64,000 nucleotides of DNA from Octopus sinensis. Its lineage: Eukaryota. This document shows, piece after piece, positions 23,700-34,669 of the stretch. The translations under genes and the position numbers were made by a program. The notes under the pieces were generated by a model, which had not been told where the DNA came from, searched no databases, and was given only the letters and a program-made list of their open reading frames with translations. The DNA is taken from the NCBI RefSeq assembly GCF_006345805.1, contig NC_043006.1, forward strand, positions 95,170,001 to 95,234,000, given 5' to 3'. Within the stretch, counting starts at the first letter, position 1, and each line of letters begins with the position of its first letter.

Positions 23700-24580
23700 G
23701 TTAGAATACAAAAACAAACGGACAATTTTCAGAGATAGTTAAAAAAAGTCTTTGAAGTAAACAGAAGAGATAACAGTTCAAGAAAAACAAAACAAAAAGA
23801 TACTACGAACACACTCTTCCGGTCAAAGGTACTCCTGGTCCAAATTGGAACTTGGTAGCAACAGCAAAACCAGGTTCTCCGAAGCAGGAACTACAACAAA
23901 CCAGGTACTCCAAGGTAGGAATTTCAGCAGTCCAGGTACAAAAACAATGTTTGGGTGGCGAGATACGCCCACCAAAAAAATTTTAACTCACTAAAATTGA
24001 GTACAACTAGACTCACCACTGACAGACAAAATTGTTTAGAGTTCAGCAGGTATTTATTAAAAATAACACAACAATAAATCCCCACCGAACTAAAAAGAAA
24101 ACAAAAAGTCTTACCTGTAGCCAGTCTCTTTTATTTCTCTTATTCACGCAACTTAAAGCGACGTGACGTTCACAGTAGCAGTAGCCGACAACTGACGGCG
24201 CATGCGTCGGGAATAAGCAATTACTTTATTTCAAAAAAATTTGCCATAAAGGTATGATACAGAGTAGCTTGCCGGCTGGACAGAAACATTGATGAGATGA
24301 ATGATGTAGTTAAATGACATTGATGGGAGAAGCCAAAAACCGCCCGCCGATTTTTGCTTCTCTAAAACACTTTTTACACAAAGAACAAACCGAGGTATTG
24401 AACCTCTTACTTCCGTCTTACAATTATTGGACTTAATAGTCCATTTACAAATTAAAACATCATCTTTTACAGAAAAAACAAAATGAGGTATTAAACCATT
24501 TGCTCCCGTTTTTTTTCAAATTTTGGACTTAATATCCATTTACAAATTGATGCGCTGAGCTTCTTACACACTTAAACATT

Positions 24581-25130
24581 TTAACACTGAGGCTTTTCAG
24601 CCTCTTGCCAATTTTCCTCCCCAACATCGCTTGTGCCCGCAAACTCCGCGATCACCCACGTCTCGTTTAAAACCAATGCGGGCTCCGAATCGGCGTTACC
24701 CGGCCACAAGCGATAATCCTCTTTGTGTCCCTGCAGCCTACGCATCACTGGCAACGTTATGGTCTCCACAGCTATCTGCCGTGGGCATTCAGTTTCCCGT
24801 GTGAAAGTTAAAGGTATGCCCTTATAGTGTTTTTTCTGCACAGCTTAGAAAAAGAACGAAGACAGTTCAATTCACGGCAACACAATTCCGCCACTCAGGT
24901 AATCTGCAAGAATACAGGTTCACCGTCGCAGTAAACAAAAATTCCTCCATGATTTCATAAATTTTCCAAATTTTGGTATCGAGACACGCCCACCAAAAGC
25001 AACAAATCTCACGGCTAAGTGAGTCACTTGGCGCGACTGCAGCAGACAATTGTCTAGGACTCAGTGTGGATTTCTTATTCGAGAAAATAACAATATCAAA
25101 AAAATAATTCCCCACCGAATCCCTAAAAAG
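24581..25130 (-). pseudogene. Internally deleted paralog of the 22729-24215 element
   Basis: LTFTRETECPRQIAVETITLPVMRRLQGHKEDYRLWPG aligns with LAYTRDPEWPPEIAVEVIKAPVVQRLKELREEYRLWPG; both have 5' blocks ttcggtgggga..tt and tttggtgggcgt(a/g)tctcg. Confidence 0.7.
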
Positions 25131-25729
25131 ACAGATGCCTAGGTAGCAGTCGCGCCATCAACGGTTCTTTAATTCAAGACGGCTTCAAAGCACGTTTTGA
25201 CTGTTCACTCTCTTAAATGGCTGAGAAACTGACGTATGCATAAGCGAGGTAAGCAAGCTACTTACCACACAACCACTCCTGCGCCTAAACACTTCTATAA
25301 TTAAAGTTGGTGTCTACAACACACAATAGGTTAACGGTTTCAGAATTCTGATGATAATGAGAGAGGAGAGAGGGACAAGACAAATAAAGAGACCAAGAAG
25401 AAAGCAAATGGACAAAATTGAGTCGACACTGCTTCTCAGCCGTGGTCTATGTGAGATCTATTGGGGTCCACAAAAGCAAAATAATAAAACGATGACCCTC
25501 AGAGGTATATTAAGGATCTATTTAAAATAGCTTACTTTGGATATATTTATTTCAAGAAGCATCTCTGACGTTTTAGATGTACCTACACAAGTTAAAATGT
25601 GAAAAACAAAATAGGAATTTTGAAAGAAATATCTATAAAATTAGTTTGTAAATATTGAAAGGCTTTGGAAGTCTACCAGAATACAATAGAAATCAAAGGG
25701 GTCCATAGATAAAAAGAAATAATTGAGAA

Positions 25730-25960
25730 CTACTGAAAGAGACGAAGGAGGTAAGAAGAAGAAAAGAAGGTGAAGTAGAAGTAGAAGTAGAAGAAGAAGA
25801 AGAAAGAAGAAGAAGGAGGAGGAGGAGGAGGTGGAGGAGGGGAAAAAGAAGAAGTAGAAGAAGGAGAAGAAGAAGAAGAAGAAGAAGAAGAAGAAGAAGA
25901 AGAAGAAGAAGAAGAAGAAGAGAAGAAGAAGAAGAAGAAGAAGAAGAAGAAGAAGAGATG
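25730..25960. repeat. (GAA)n/(GGA)n purine tract
   Basis: Seen directly. Confidence 0.95.
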
Positions 25961-26725
25961 CAGGGGGGATATGAATGTTTGCTGGGGGTGTAAGATGTAA
26001 GATAAAGACAGAAAGTCAAAAAATGTCAAAGAGCAAACGTGGAGCATAATGCAAGGTAAACGCAAGCTTTCCAATTTGAATATCTGAAATTGTATGCTGT
26101 CGCTTAGAAAGATAAGCGTAAAGATAAACTGATTATAGCATGAGTGAATTAAGTGAATGTCAGTGAGCTCCAGATTGGTTGGGAAATGCAAAGGTGTGGG
26201 GTGATAATTAATGCAAAAGATGTGTTTGGTTAGAAAAAGGGGAAAAAAACGCCTTCTGGGAAGTTATGTAGGCGCAGGCGTGGCTGTACACTCAGACGTT
26301 CCTTCTCAACCAAATGATTCCAGGTTCAGTCGCACTGTGAGGTATCTAGAACAAGTGTCTTCTGCTATAGCATCGGGACGCCCAAAGCCTTGTGAGAACA
26401 TTTGGTAAACGGAAACTAAAAGAAGCTTGCAGTACATATATAGAGGGTACACAAAGAATCAGCTTGCTAAAAAAGTGGGAGTAAATAATATATATATATA
26501 TATCTAAGTAGATAAATGAATTATCTTATTACGGATAATTCGAAAGATAACCGATACCTGGGTAGCAAACTCACAACAGAAAGAGCACGGTTGAAGTTAC
26601 GACCATAGGGCATATACTCCGTGCCTTAGTGCGGAAATTTGAAGTTTAATTTAATATAATAAGTACAGGAAAGAATGGAGCTGAACGAAGATTTAACAAA
26701 ATTCATTTATTTTATTTTCGACATA

Positions 26726-27135
26726 GGCGCAGCTTACTTACCAACCACATGGTTCCGGGTTCACTCCCACTGTGTGACATCTTTCGCAAGTGTCTTCTGC
26801 TATAGCCTCGGGCCGACCAATGCCTTGTGAGTGGATTTGGTAGACGGAAACTGAAAGAAGCCTGTCATGTATATGTATATATATGTGTGTGTATGTATAT
26901 ATATATGTGTGTGTATGTGTTTGTGTGTCTAGGTTTGTCCCCCTAGCATTGCTTGACAACCGATGCTGGTGTGTTTACGTCCCTGTCACTTAGCGGTTCG
27001 GCAAAAGAGACCAATAGAATAAGTACTGGGCTTACAAAGAACAAGTCCCGGGGTCGATTTGCTCGACTAAAGGCGGTGCTCCAGCATGGCCACAGTCAAA
27101 TGACTGAAACAAGTAAAAGAGTAAGAGTAAAGAGT
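26726..27135 (+). mobile_element. tRNA-derived SINE (A box deleted) inserted into the inverted pLTR
   Basis: ggcgcag start and (AGAGTA)n tail; removing it restores ttttcgacatatgtttcg; 3-bp ATA duplication. Confidence 0.9.
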
Positions 27136-27211
27136 ATATGTTTCGAAGTCTGCAAAATCCCTAATTCCGAATGAATAAGGAGTCCATTATGCAGCTTTCT
27201 CTTCAGGAAAA
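27136..27211 (-). ncRNA. Family-B hammerhead, interrupted by the SINE (3' part at 26716-26725)
   Basis: Reverse complement of the 28800-28883 motif. Confidence 0.75.
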
Positions 27212-27300
27212 TCCAGGAACTTCTTTCGCCAACAAAATGCACAACAAGTTTTTAGATGACTGCTCACGAGGAGCCCATAGCGATAATGATAAATAATGTC

Positions 27301-27330
27301 TATTTATAGGGGGTGACGTCAGATTGGTTG
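27301..27330 (-). promoter_or_regulatory. CCAAT-CRE-TATA promoter module (inverted pLTR copy)
   Basis: Reverse complement of 28684-28710. Confidence 0.6.
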
Positions 27331-27331
27331 A

Positions 27332-28258
27332 AAGTTTCGCCAAGACATTGCCAGGAATTTTCCCAGAAATTCAAGATATTACTCCACTATAAATTCGCGC
27401 AAAGTAAGGATTGCTTTCTCAAATACTAAAAATCTCTCACAGATAATTGCCTCCCATAACAATAAGCTGCTAAATAAGGTCTCATCACCCATGAGCAGAG
27501 ACACCGCCCTGTCAAATTATAACGTAACATATAGTAATAATAATAATAATAGAAATAGCACAGATATTAGCAGCCTCCATACCAGCATTGGCGTTAGCAA
27601 TAGTAATAAGGATAAGAGCACCGGCCAGGACATTAACGGAGGGGGTCTCAACAATAATACTAGTAGCGTTCTTAACAACAGTAGTTTTACGGACAATAAC
27701 AATCACAGCATTCCCAGAAACAGGGAATGTGCAGGTGATATTGCCTTAAATAATAATGAAAATAGGATGAATAGTATCATGCCCAAATCCAGCAGTAATT
27801 TTTACACCCATCATAGAAATAAGAACGTTGTATTTGTATCGGAAACTAATCCCAATAGATTAAGGTTCTTATCAAATAACTCCAAAATTAGAAACACCAC
27901 TTACCAGTGCAAAATTTCTACTGGATCCGATGTCTACCTCTATATTGGCGCAACCTCCTCTAAATTAGCCACGAAGGTCTCAAACCATTTTTCTACGTTC
28001 CGAGATAAGAGTAAACCGTACACCACAGGGCTAAGCAAATTAGTCTGGCGTTTGAAGAACGCAAATTCAACTTTTACGCTGGAATGGTCAATATTGTCGG
28101 TGTCCTTACCGTTTGATAAGGGCAGAAAAATCTGTGCCCTCTGTAATTCCGAACTTTTTCATATTCTGTTGGCCCGAGGCCAAGTAGTAAACTCGATTGT
28201 CGAGAGATCTTTCAGATGCTTACACTGGAAAAAGCATACCTTTCACTCATACCTATGA
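27332..28258 (+). CDS. PLE ORF 3' part: RT thumb/linker, Asn-rich insert and GIY-YIG endonuclease (no upstream RT core)
   Basis: Stop-free frame: KFRQDIARNFPRNSRYYSTINSRKVRIAFSNTKNLSQIIASHNNKLL ... TYQCKI..YLYIGATS..NHFSTF..LSKLVWRLK..WSIL..CALCNSE..RCLHWKKH. Confidence 0.85.
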   Translation, partial: KFRQDIARNFPRNSRYYSTINSRKVRIAFSNTKNLSQIIASHNNKLLNKVSSPMSRDTALSNYNVTYSNNNNNRNSTDISSLHTSIGVSNSNKDKSTGQDINGGGLNNNTSSVLNNSSFTDNNNHSIPRNRECAGDIALNNNENRMNSIMPKSSSNFYTHHRNKNVVFVSETNPNRLRFLSNNSKIRNTTYQCKISTGSDVYLYIGATSSKLATKVSNHFSTFRDKSKPYTTGLSKLVWRLKNANSTFTLEWSILSVSLPFDKGRKICALCNSELFHILLARGQVVNSIVERSFRCLHWKKHTFHSYL

Positions 28259-28683
28259 AGTCTAATATAGATAAACCCTGGATTTCCTACAAAATTAATT
28301 TGTGATATCTCATCCCTTTTGTTTATAAGACTTTCACATAATTGCTAAGAACTACAACCAATTCCAGTAGTACCCTTGTCTCTTGTCATTACTATTGTGG
28401 GCGACACATTCGAACACACAGACACACTCCTTTCACCTCCTGACCGTTAATTTTCTGTCTGCCTTCTACACACACAGTCACGCATTCACAGACACACACA
28501 CACACACACACATTAAGGAAAATATACACACTCATACATACGAGCACTCATTCATAAAATAAATCAAATATAAACACCAGTCATACAGAATACATTCCCT
28601 CACCTTAATATTCTTTTACCTTCCTTCTCCAACCTCGATTGAACCTTTGAACTATTTTAACTGCCAGTTTCTCCTACTTTCAA

Positions 28684-28710
28684 CCAATCTGACGTCACCC
28701 CCTATAAATA
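28684..28710 (+). promoter_or_regulatory. CCAAT-CRE-TATA promoter module in the pLTR
   Basis: CCAAT (28684), TGACGTCA (28690) and TATAAATA (28703) in canonical order within 27 bp. Confidence 0.65.
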
Positions 28711-28799
28711 GACATTATTTATCATTATCGCTATGGGCTCCTCGTGAGCAGTCATCTAAAAGCTTGTTGTGCATTTTGTTGGCGAAAGAAGTTCCTGGA

Positions 28800-28883
28800 T
28801 TTTCCTGAAGAGAAAGCTGCATAATGGATTCCTTATTCATTCGGAATTAGGGATTTTGCAGACTTCGAAACATATGTCGAAAA
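28800..28883 (+). ncRNA. Type I hammerhead ribozyme, family B, intact core
   Basis: TTTTC CTGAAGA [55-nt stem II] GAAA CATATG TC GAAAA; 5-bp stem I, palindromic ACATATGT, GUC site after 28878. Confidence 0.85.
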
Positions 28884-28951
28884 TAAAATAAAGGAATTTT
28901 GTTAAATCTTCGTTCAGCTCCATTCTTTCCTATACTTATTATATATATATC

Positions 28952-29026
<75 letters not shown>

Positions 29027-29029
29027 TGT

Positions 29030-29269
29030 GTGTGTGTGTATGTGTTTGTGTATCTGTGTTTGTCTCCCTAGCATTGCTTGACAACCGATGCTGGTGTGTA
29101 TACGTCCCCGTCACTTAGCGGTTCGGCAAAAGAGACCGATAGAATAAGTACTGGGCTTACAAAGACTAAGTCCCGGGGTCGATTTGCTCGACTAGAGGCG
29201 GTGCTCCAGGATGGCCGGTGTCAAATGACCGAAACAAGTAAAAGAGTAAAAGAGTAAAGAGTAAAGAGA

Positions 29270-29270
<1 letters not shown>
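29030..29270 (+). mobile_element. SINE 3' half (main family)
   Basis: Near-identical to the 26930-27135 portion of the other SINE copy. Confidence 0.9.
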
Positions 29271-29302
<32 letters not shown>

Positions 29303-29344
29303 TGTATGTATGTATGTATGTATGTATGTATGTATGTATGTATG

Positions 29345-29500
29345 TATATGGAAAAAAATCAAGGTAGAAAATGCTAAAATAATTTTATAAAAAACATTTC
29401 AGTACCAGTTTGAATCATTGAGAATTTTTCAACTGTAAGAAAAGATTTTAGAATATTTGCATACTATTCGAATATAAGGGGCCTTTTTTCTTGTTTCTAA
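29345..29500 (-). mobile_element. pLTR family E with decayed U3-A8 HHR motif (29400-29435)
   Basis: Reverse complement CAG TTGAAAA attctcaatgatt CAAA CTGG TA CTG. Confidence 0.65.
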
Positions 29501-29809
29501 CTGTCTATTTCTCTCGCTTACTCTTGTGGGTTCTAGGTAGTTGCGAATTCTTGGCAGGGAAGAAGAAAGCAGAGGGGGAGGAGGAGGAGGAGGAGGAGGA
29601 GGCGGAGGAGACGGATGCTGCGGAGGAGAATACGGGAGTCCCATGATAGTCATAGAATGTTAAATGGTCAAGTGCCCTGAAAATGCCTTGTGCATGGTAG
29701 TAGTGATTGCATTCTTGAGACATCTCTTTTGAATGTATTATAAATATTGCGTAGGTGTTATTCTAAACAGCAATAGTAGTAAAGTTAGGAAGGGGTGGCG
29801 GAGAGGAAG

Positions 29810-29878
<69 letters not shown>

Positions 29879-29880
<2 letters not shown>

Positions 29881-30016
29881 ACTTATAAACAAATGCAAAA
29901 GAAAAAAAATTCAATGCCAAATATGCCGAAATAGTCTTAATCGTCAATAACCATATAAGACTATTTTGGCATATTTGGCATTGAAATTTTTTTCTTTTGC
30001 CCTTGTTTATAAGTTG
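29879..30016. repeat. Fold-back inverted repeat, ~61-bp arms, 16-nt spacer
   Basis: caacttataaac...atagtctta / taagactat...gtttataagttg. Confidence 0.9.
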
Positions 30017-30423
30017 CTTATAAATTTAACGTTTGAAGGTATTTTTTTAATATGCTGACCATTGATAAAATTTTTTCGAAAATGTTATCCTATATATTCT
30101 GCCATCACAACGCTTTGCACAGAACGAACGAATAGATTGGGGTCAGAGTCAGAGTAAGTCCTAAGAATTTGAAGCAGCCATAAGCATCAGTGTCTACGTT
30201 TTGATGTCCACTTTGCCTTACATCCTTTCGATGTAAGACATCTACCACGTCTACATCAGACGGTCATCCCGAAAGCTTTAAATGCATCCAAATTGCTGTT
30301 TTTGTATCAACATTTGAAACTATTATCAATTCGTTCTGTAACAGAGATGTTCCCAGCATGCATAAGACACGATTCTGTATATGTAGATGTAATTTTAATA
30401 TCATATATATATATATATATATA

Positions 30424-30715
30424 TCGAGCTTACGATCGTAAGGTTGTGAGCTCGAATCCCGGACCGGGCTGCCTGTTGTGTTCTTGAGCAAGACACTTTA
30501 TTTCACGTTGCTCCAGTTCACTCAGCTGTAGAAATGAGTTGCGACGTCACTGGTGCCAAGCTGTATCGACCTTTGTCTTTCCCTTGGATAACACTGGTGG
30601 CGTGGAGAGGGGAGGCTGGTATGCATGGGCGACCTTGCCCAGACTTGTGTCTAGGAGGGTAACTTTCTAGGTGCAATCCCATGGTCATTCATGACCGAAG
30701 GGGGTCTTTACCCTT
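30424..30715 (+). mobile_element. Third tRNA-derived SINE family (CORE/Nin-like central domain)
   Basis: B-box-like gagctcgaatccc, then cttgagcaagacactttatttcacgttgctccagttcactcagctgtagaaatgagt. Confidence 0.7.
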
Positions 30716-30765
30716 TATATATATATATATATGTATGTATGTATGTATACATGTATGTATGTATG

Positions 30766-30799
<34 letters not shown>

Positions 30800-30805
30800 T
30801 GTATG

Positions 30806-30847
<42 letters not shown>

Positions 30848-31879
30848 ATACACAATATGGAGATTTTTTAACAATTATATATATCATGTATGTCTACCTA
30901 TGTCTGTGTGTCTTTGTGTCTGTGTTTATGTTCGCACTCCCGCTTCACAACCAGTGTCGGTGTGTTTACATCTCCGTAACTTACCTGTTCGGCTACAGAG
31001 ACCGATAGAATAATATAGGATAAGTCTAAAAAGTCTTCACAGTGTTGCGTCAGTAATCTGCATTCTAATAACTGAAAGAAGGAAAAGATAAAAGATAAAC
31101 GGTTAAGTATGTTTCTATGATTGGAGAGGGCATCCGGTTGATGGGGAACAAATGGCGACGAAATGATTTTGATAAACCTGTTTGATTGATTGGCGGAATG
31201 ATTAATAAAAAAAAAATCATTGAATTGGTCAAATTAATTACTGGAACTTAAGGCGGTATGCATCTAGGGTGGATTCAACCGGATCAGCAAATTGAGTCTA
31301 CCATGTCTCTTAGGAACTCTGACTACATCAGACGGTCAGCCCGAAAGCTTTAAATGCAAAGCAGTGCTTCTGCGTGTTGCCCAAATATTCTGCATCCAAA
31401 TGTGACAAATGTTCCTCTGGCAAAGGAAGCGCGACGGATAGGGCGGACGCTGTAGTGGAAGTCGTCATTTGTTGTTGACGTGTAGAGTTCATGTTAAACA
31501 GTAAACCAATTAACAAATACAAATCAAACTGAAATAGAAGCAAAATGTGTCTCTTATTGGCATAATGTCTCTCCTGAGACAAAACAAAATCTGTTTCAAC
31601 ATAGAGTTCACAAGAAGCTTGCAAACCAAACACAGGAACAAAATATTACATTAAAAGTTATGATTTAAAACTCCAAAAGAACATTTTAGTTAGAATCGAT
31701 ATAAATGAACTTTAATTAGGAAGGCGGCAAAAGAGATGACAGGTGAAACGGAACTATTACCAAAACTAATTTCGGGTTCCATACGTAAATAAGCAATAAT
31801 TTAATAAACTGTTAACTTATAAGATTTGGAACGAAATCACGTTTAAGAGTAGCTTAAAAGTAAAATTAAATGTATTGTA

Positions 31880-32210
31880 ATAACTGGTACTCCTTCGGTT
31901 ACGGCGACGAGCATTCCAGATGATCCGATCGAAGTAATACTCTGCGCGTGACATTAGCGTCCACGTGGCTGAACATTCCACAGACAGGCGTCCCTTAACG
32001 TAGTTTTCGGGAAGAATCAGCGTGGCATAGAATGCGACAAGGTTGGCCCTTTCATTTACAGGTACGACTCATTTTTGCCAACTGGGTGTACAAGAGTGAC
32101 ATGAAATGCAATGTCATGCTCAAGAACACAAGGCGCCTCTAAGAATCGAACTCATGATCTTACGATTGCAGGTCGACAACCTTGACTACAGAGCCACGCA
32201 CCTCTACTTG
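31880..32210 (-). mobile_element. SINE related to the 30424 family
   Basis: Reverse complement gcgtggctctgtagtc..gagttcgattc..tgtgttcttgagc..aaaatgagt. Confidence 0.65.
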
Positions 32211-32284
32211 TATTGTAGGAAAGTAAAGGTGGAAGTGTTAAAAGAATAAATGTGTGAAATATGCACAAAAATGTCGACATGAGC

Positions 32285-32650
32285 AACCATGTCGTTTCGG
32301 GTTCAAACCTGCTGCACGGCAACTTGAGCAAGTTCTGCGCTGATCAGTGCTTAATGAGTAAGTTTGGTGGTTGGAACTAGTATTGAAGCCTATCGTACAT
32401 AACATTTATACATTTGTATGTATATATGTCTATGTGTCTTTGTGTTTGCGTTTCGATTGTGTCCCATTACTGCTTAACATCCGATGTTGGTTTCTTTTCG
32501 TCCTCATAACTTAATGATTCGGCAAAAGTAGCTGATTGAATAAGTACCAGTCTTTAAATAATAAGAACTACGGACGATATGCCCGACTAAACACAAATGC
32601 ATGGCCGCATTATAATCACTGAAACCAGTAAAATTCGAAAGAATAAAGCG
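32285..32650 (+). mobile_element. Diverged main-family SINE
   Basis: cgggttcaaacc..ttgagcaag..gattgaataagtacc..catggccgc. Confidence 0.75.
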
Positions 32651-33164
32651 AGTAAGTCTGAACAGTCTGCCATTCCAAGAATATCTCATCCAATCTCACA
32701 TGAATTGCTTCTGCTTGTCTCCTTAATTTGATAATTGAAATAATGTCATCTGTAACAAAGATGGCAGTTTTTGATGTCGTCTCATCTTCGCTTATCTCAA
32801 TAATCTTCTTAAACTTCACAGATGCCAGGAAAATTGTTTCTGATTTTTGCCATCAGAAATTATCTTTTAACTCTATAAGGCCATCATTCACTCTTACCTT
32901 GAATTTCATAGGCCATCATTCACTCTTGCCTTGATTTCATAGGCCAGAAATTATGGGAGATGGCATAAGTAAATTGCATAGACCACACTACTAAGCTGTT
33001 GCTTATTTTTATCGACATCGAAAGGATGTAAGGCAAAGTCGACATCAAAACGTAGACACTGATGCTTATGGCTGCTTCAAATTCTTAAGACTTACTCAAC
33101 GCAGCCACAGTGACTCTGACCCCAATCTATTCGTTCGTTCTGTGCAAAGCGTTGTGATGGCAGA

Positions 33165-33345
33165 ATCGTTACTTCTGGCAAAATGCTTAGCGGATTTCGT
33201 CCGTATTTACATTTTGAGTTCAAATGCCACCGAGATCGATTTTGCCTTTCATCCTTTCGAGGTCGATGAAATAAGTACCAGTTTAACTCTTGGATTGATG
33301 TATTTACTTAACCCTCTCCCCTGAAATTGCTGTTTTTGTACCAAA
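33165..33345 (+). mobile_element. Second SINE family copy
   Basis: gcctttcatcctttcgaggtcgatgaaataagtacc core. Confidence 0.75.
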
Positions 33346-33799
33346 ATTTGAAACTATTATCAATTCGTTCTGTAACAGAGATATTCCTAGCATGCATAAG
33401 ACACGAATCATCTACAATGAGGGGGTTAGTCTTCCGCCAAACACCAGCTCTATATCGTAGTTCTTACTTTACTCGCCATGAAAAATCTGAACAGGTTGAC
33501 ACTAATAATATATCTTATGTACGTTAACACTTTTGACTGGTGCACTTTGTTATTTATGACTTTCATTAGCAATTCGACTTCTTCAGCAGAAAATTCTGAA
33601 AACTAGATCTGAATTTAAGACGCAAGTAGAAGCCATTCGTCAATAATCAAAGGCAACTGACATTTTGTAAGGATCCAAGAAGTCATTTTTATTTATTTAT
33701 TGTATATGTATGAATGGCCCCGCAGCTATTGGTGAAGGAAGATTTTCATAACATAAAGTGAATTGTCTCTCTCTACACTGAGAATAAATATATATACAT

Positions 33800-33971
33800 A
33801 TATATATTCTCTTATATTCCCTCTCTGCTTATTTTCTCGTATTCCTTTCTGTCGAAGAGCGTAGCTTCGAACTGTAAAAGATTTTCTCACCTTCCCGAAC
33901 GTTAAACTAATACACCTATTTGTTGTTTAGACACCTGACACCTGTCTTCGTCTTTTCTCCTTTTGTAAATT

Positions 33972-33980
<9 letters not shown>
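33800..33980 (+). mobile_element. pLTR family C with variant HHR motif (33845-33880)
   Basis: cttt CTGTCGA A GAGC GTAG CTTC GAAC TGTA AAAG; ends in (TA)n. Confidence 0.7.
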
Positions 33981-34017
<37 letters not shown>

Positions 34018-34052
34018 TATATGTAGAGGGTTGAAAAGGAACACACGAGTTG

Positions 34053-34096
<44 letters not shown>

Positions 34097-34099
<3 letters not shown>

Positions 34100-34465
34100 A
34101 AAAAAAGTGAAGGTAGAAAATGCTAAAATAATTTTATAAAACATGTTTCAGTACTGAGTTCGATCATTGAGATGTTTTCAACTGTAAGTGTAGAAAATTC
34201 AATTTTGGAAAAATTAAATAAATAGTTTTTGAAAAGAATATTTTCACAGTATTCAAATACAAGAGACAGAGACGCGCAGAAACAAGGAAAATGCTCCTTG
34301 TAAATTGAATACTATACAAATATTCTTTTGAAAACTTTTCATTTAATTTTTCAAAAATGTACTTGTTTTCCATACTTACAGTTGAAAAAGTTTCAATGAC
34401 TGAAACCAGTTTCGAAATGCTTTTTATAAAATTATTTTAGCATTTTCTTCCATGACTTTTTTCCA
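34097..34465. mobile_element. Back-to-back pair of family-E pLTRs (diverged fold-back)
   Basis: 34097-34262 (minus) and 34300-34465 (plus) are inverted homologs; both read CAG TTGAAAA. Confidence 0.75.
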
Positions 34466-34530
34466 CACACACACACACACATATATATGTGTGTATATGT
34501 ATATGTATATATATATAATATATATATATG

Positions 34531-34615
<85 letters not shown>

Positions 34616-34669
34616 ACAGAGACAGAGAGAGATAGAGACAGACAGACAGACAGATAGATAGATAACTAC

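Larger units (their letters stand above)
26503..28942 (+). mobile_element. 5'-truncated Penelope-like element with inverted 5' pLTR
   Basis: 26503-26725 plus 27136-27334 is the reverse complement of 28677-28942 (extended) and flanks an RT-linker/GIY-YIG ORF. Confidence 0.9.

Noticed and set aside
31328-31633. 101-aa minus-strand ORF as a gene or exon
   Set aside because: No recognisable motif, no supported donor site, and a stop follows shortly in all frames.
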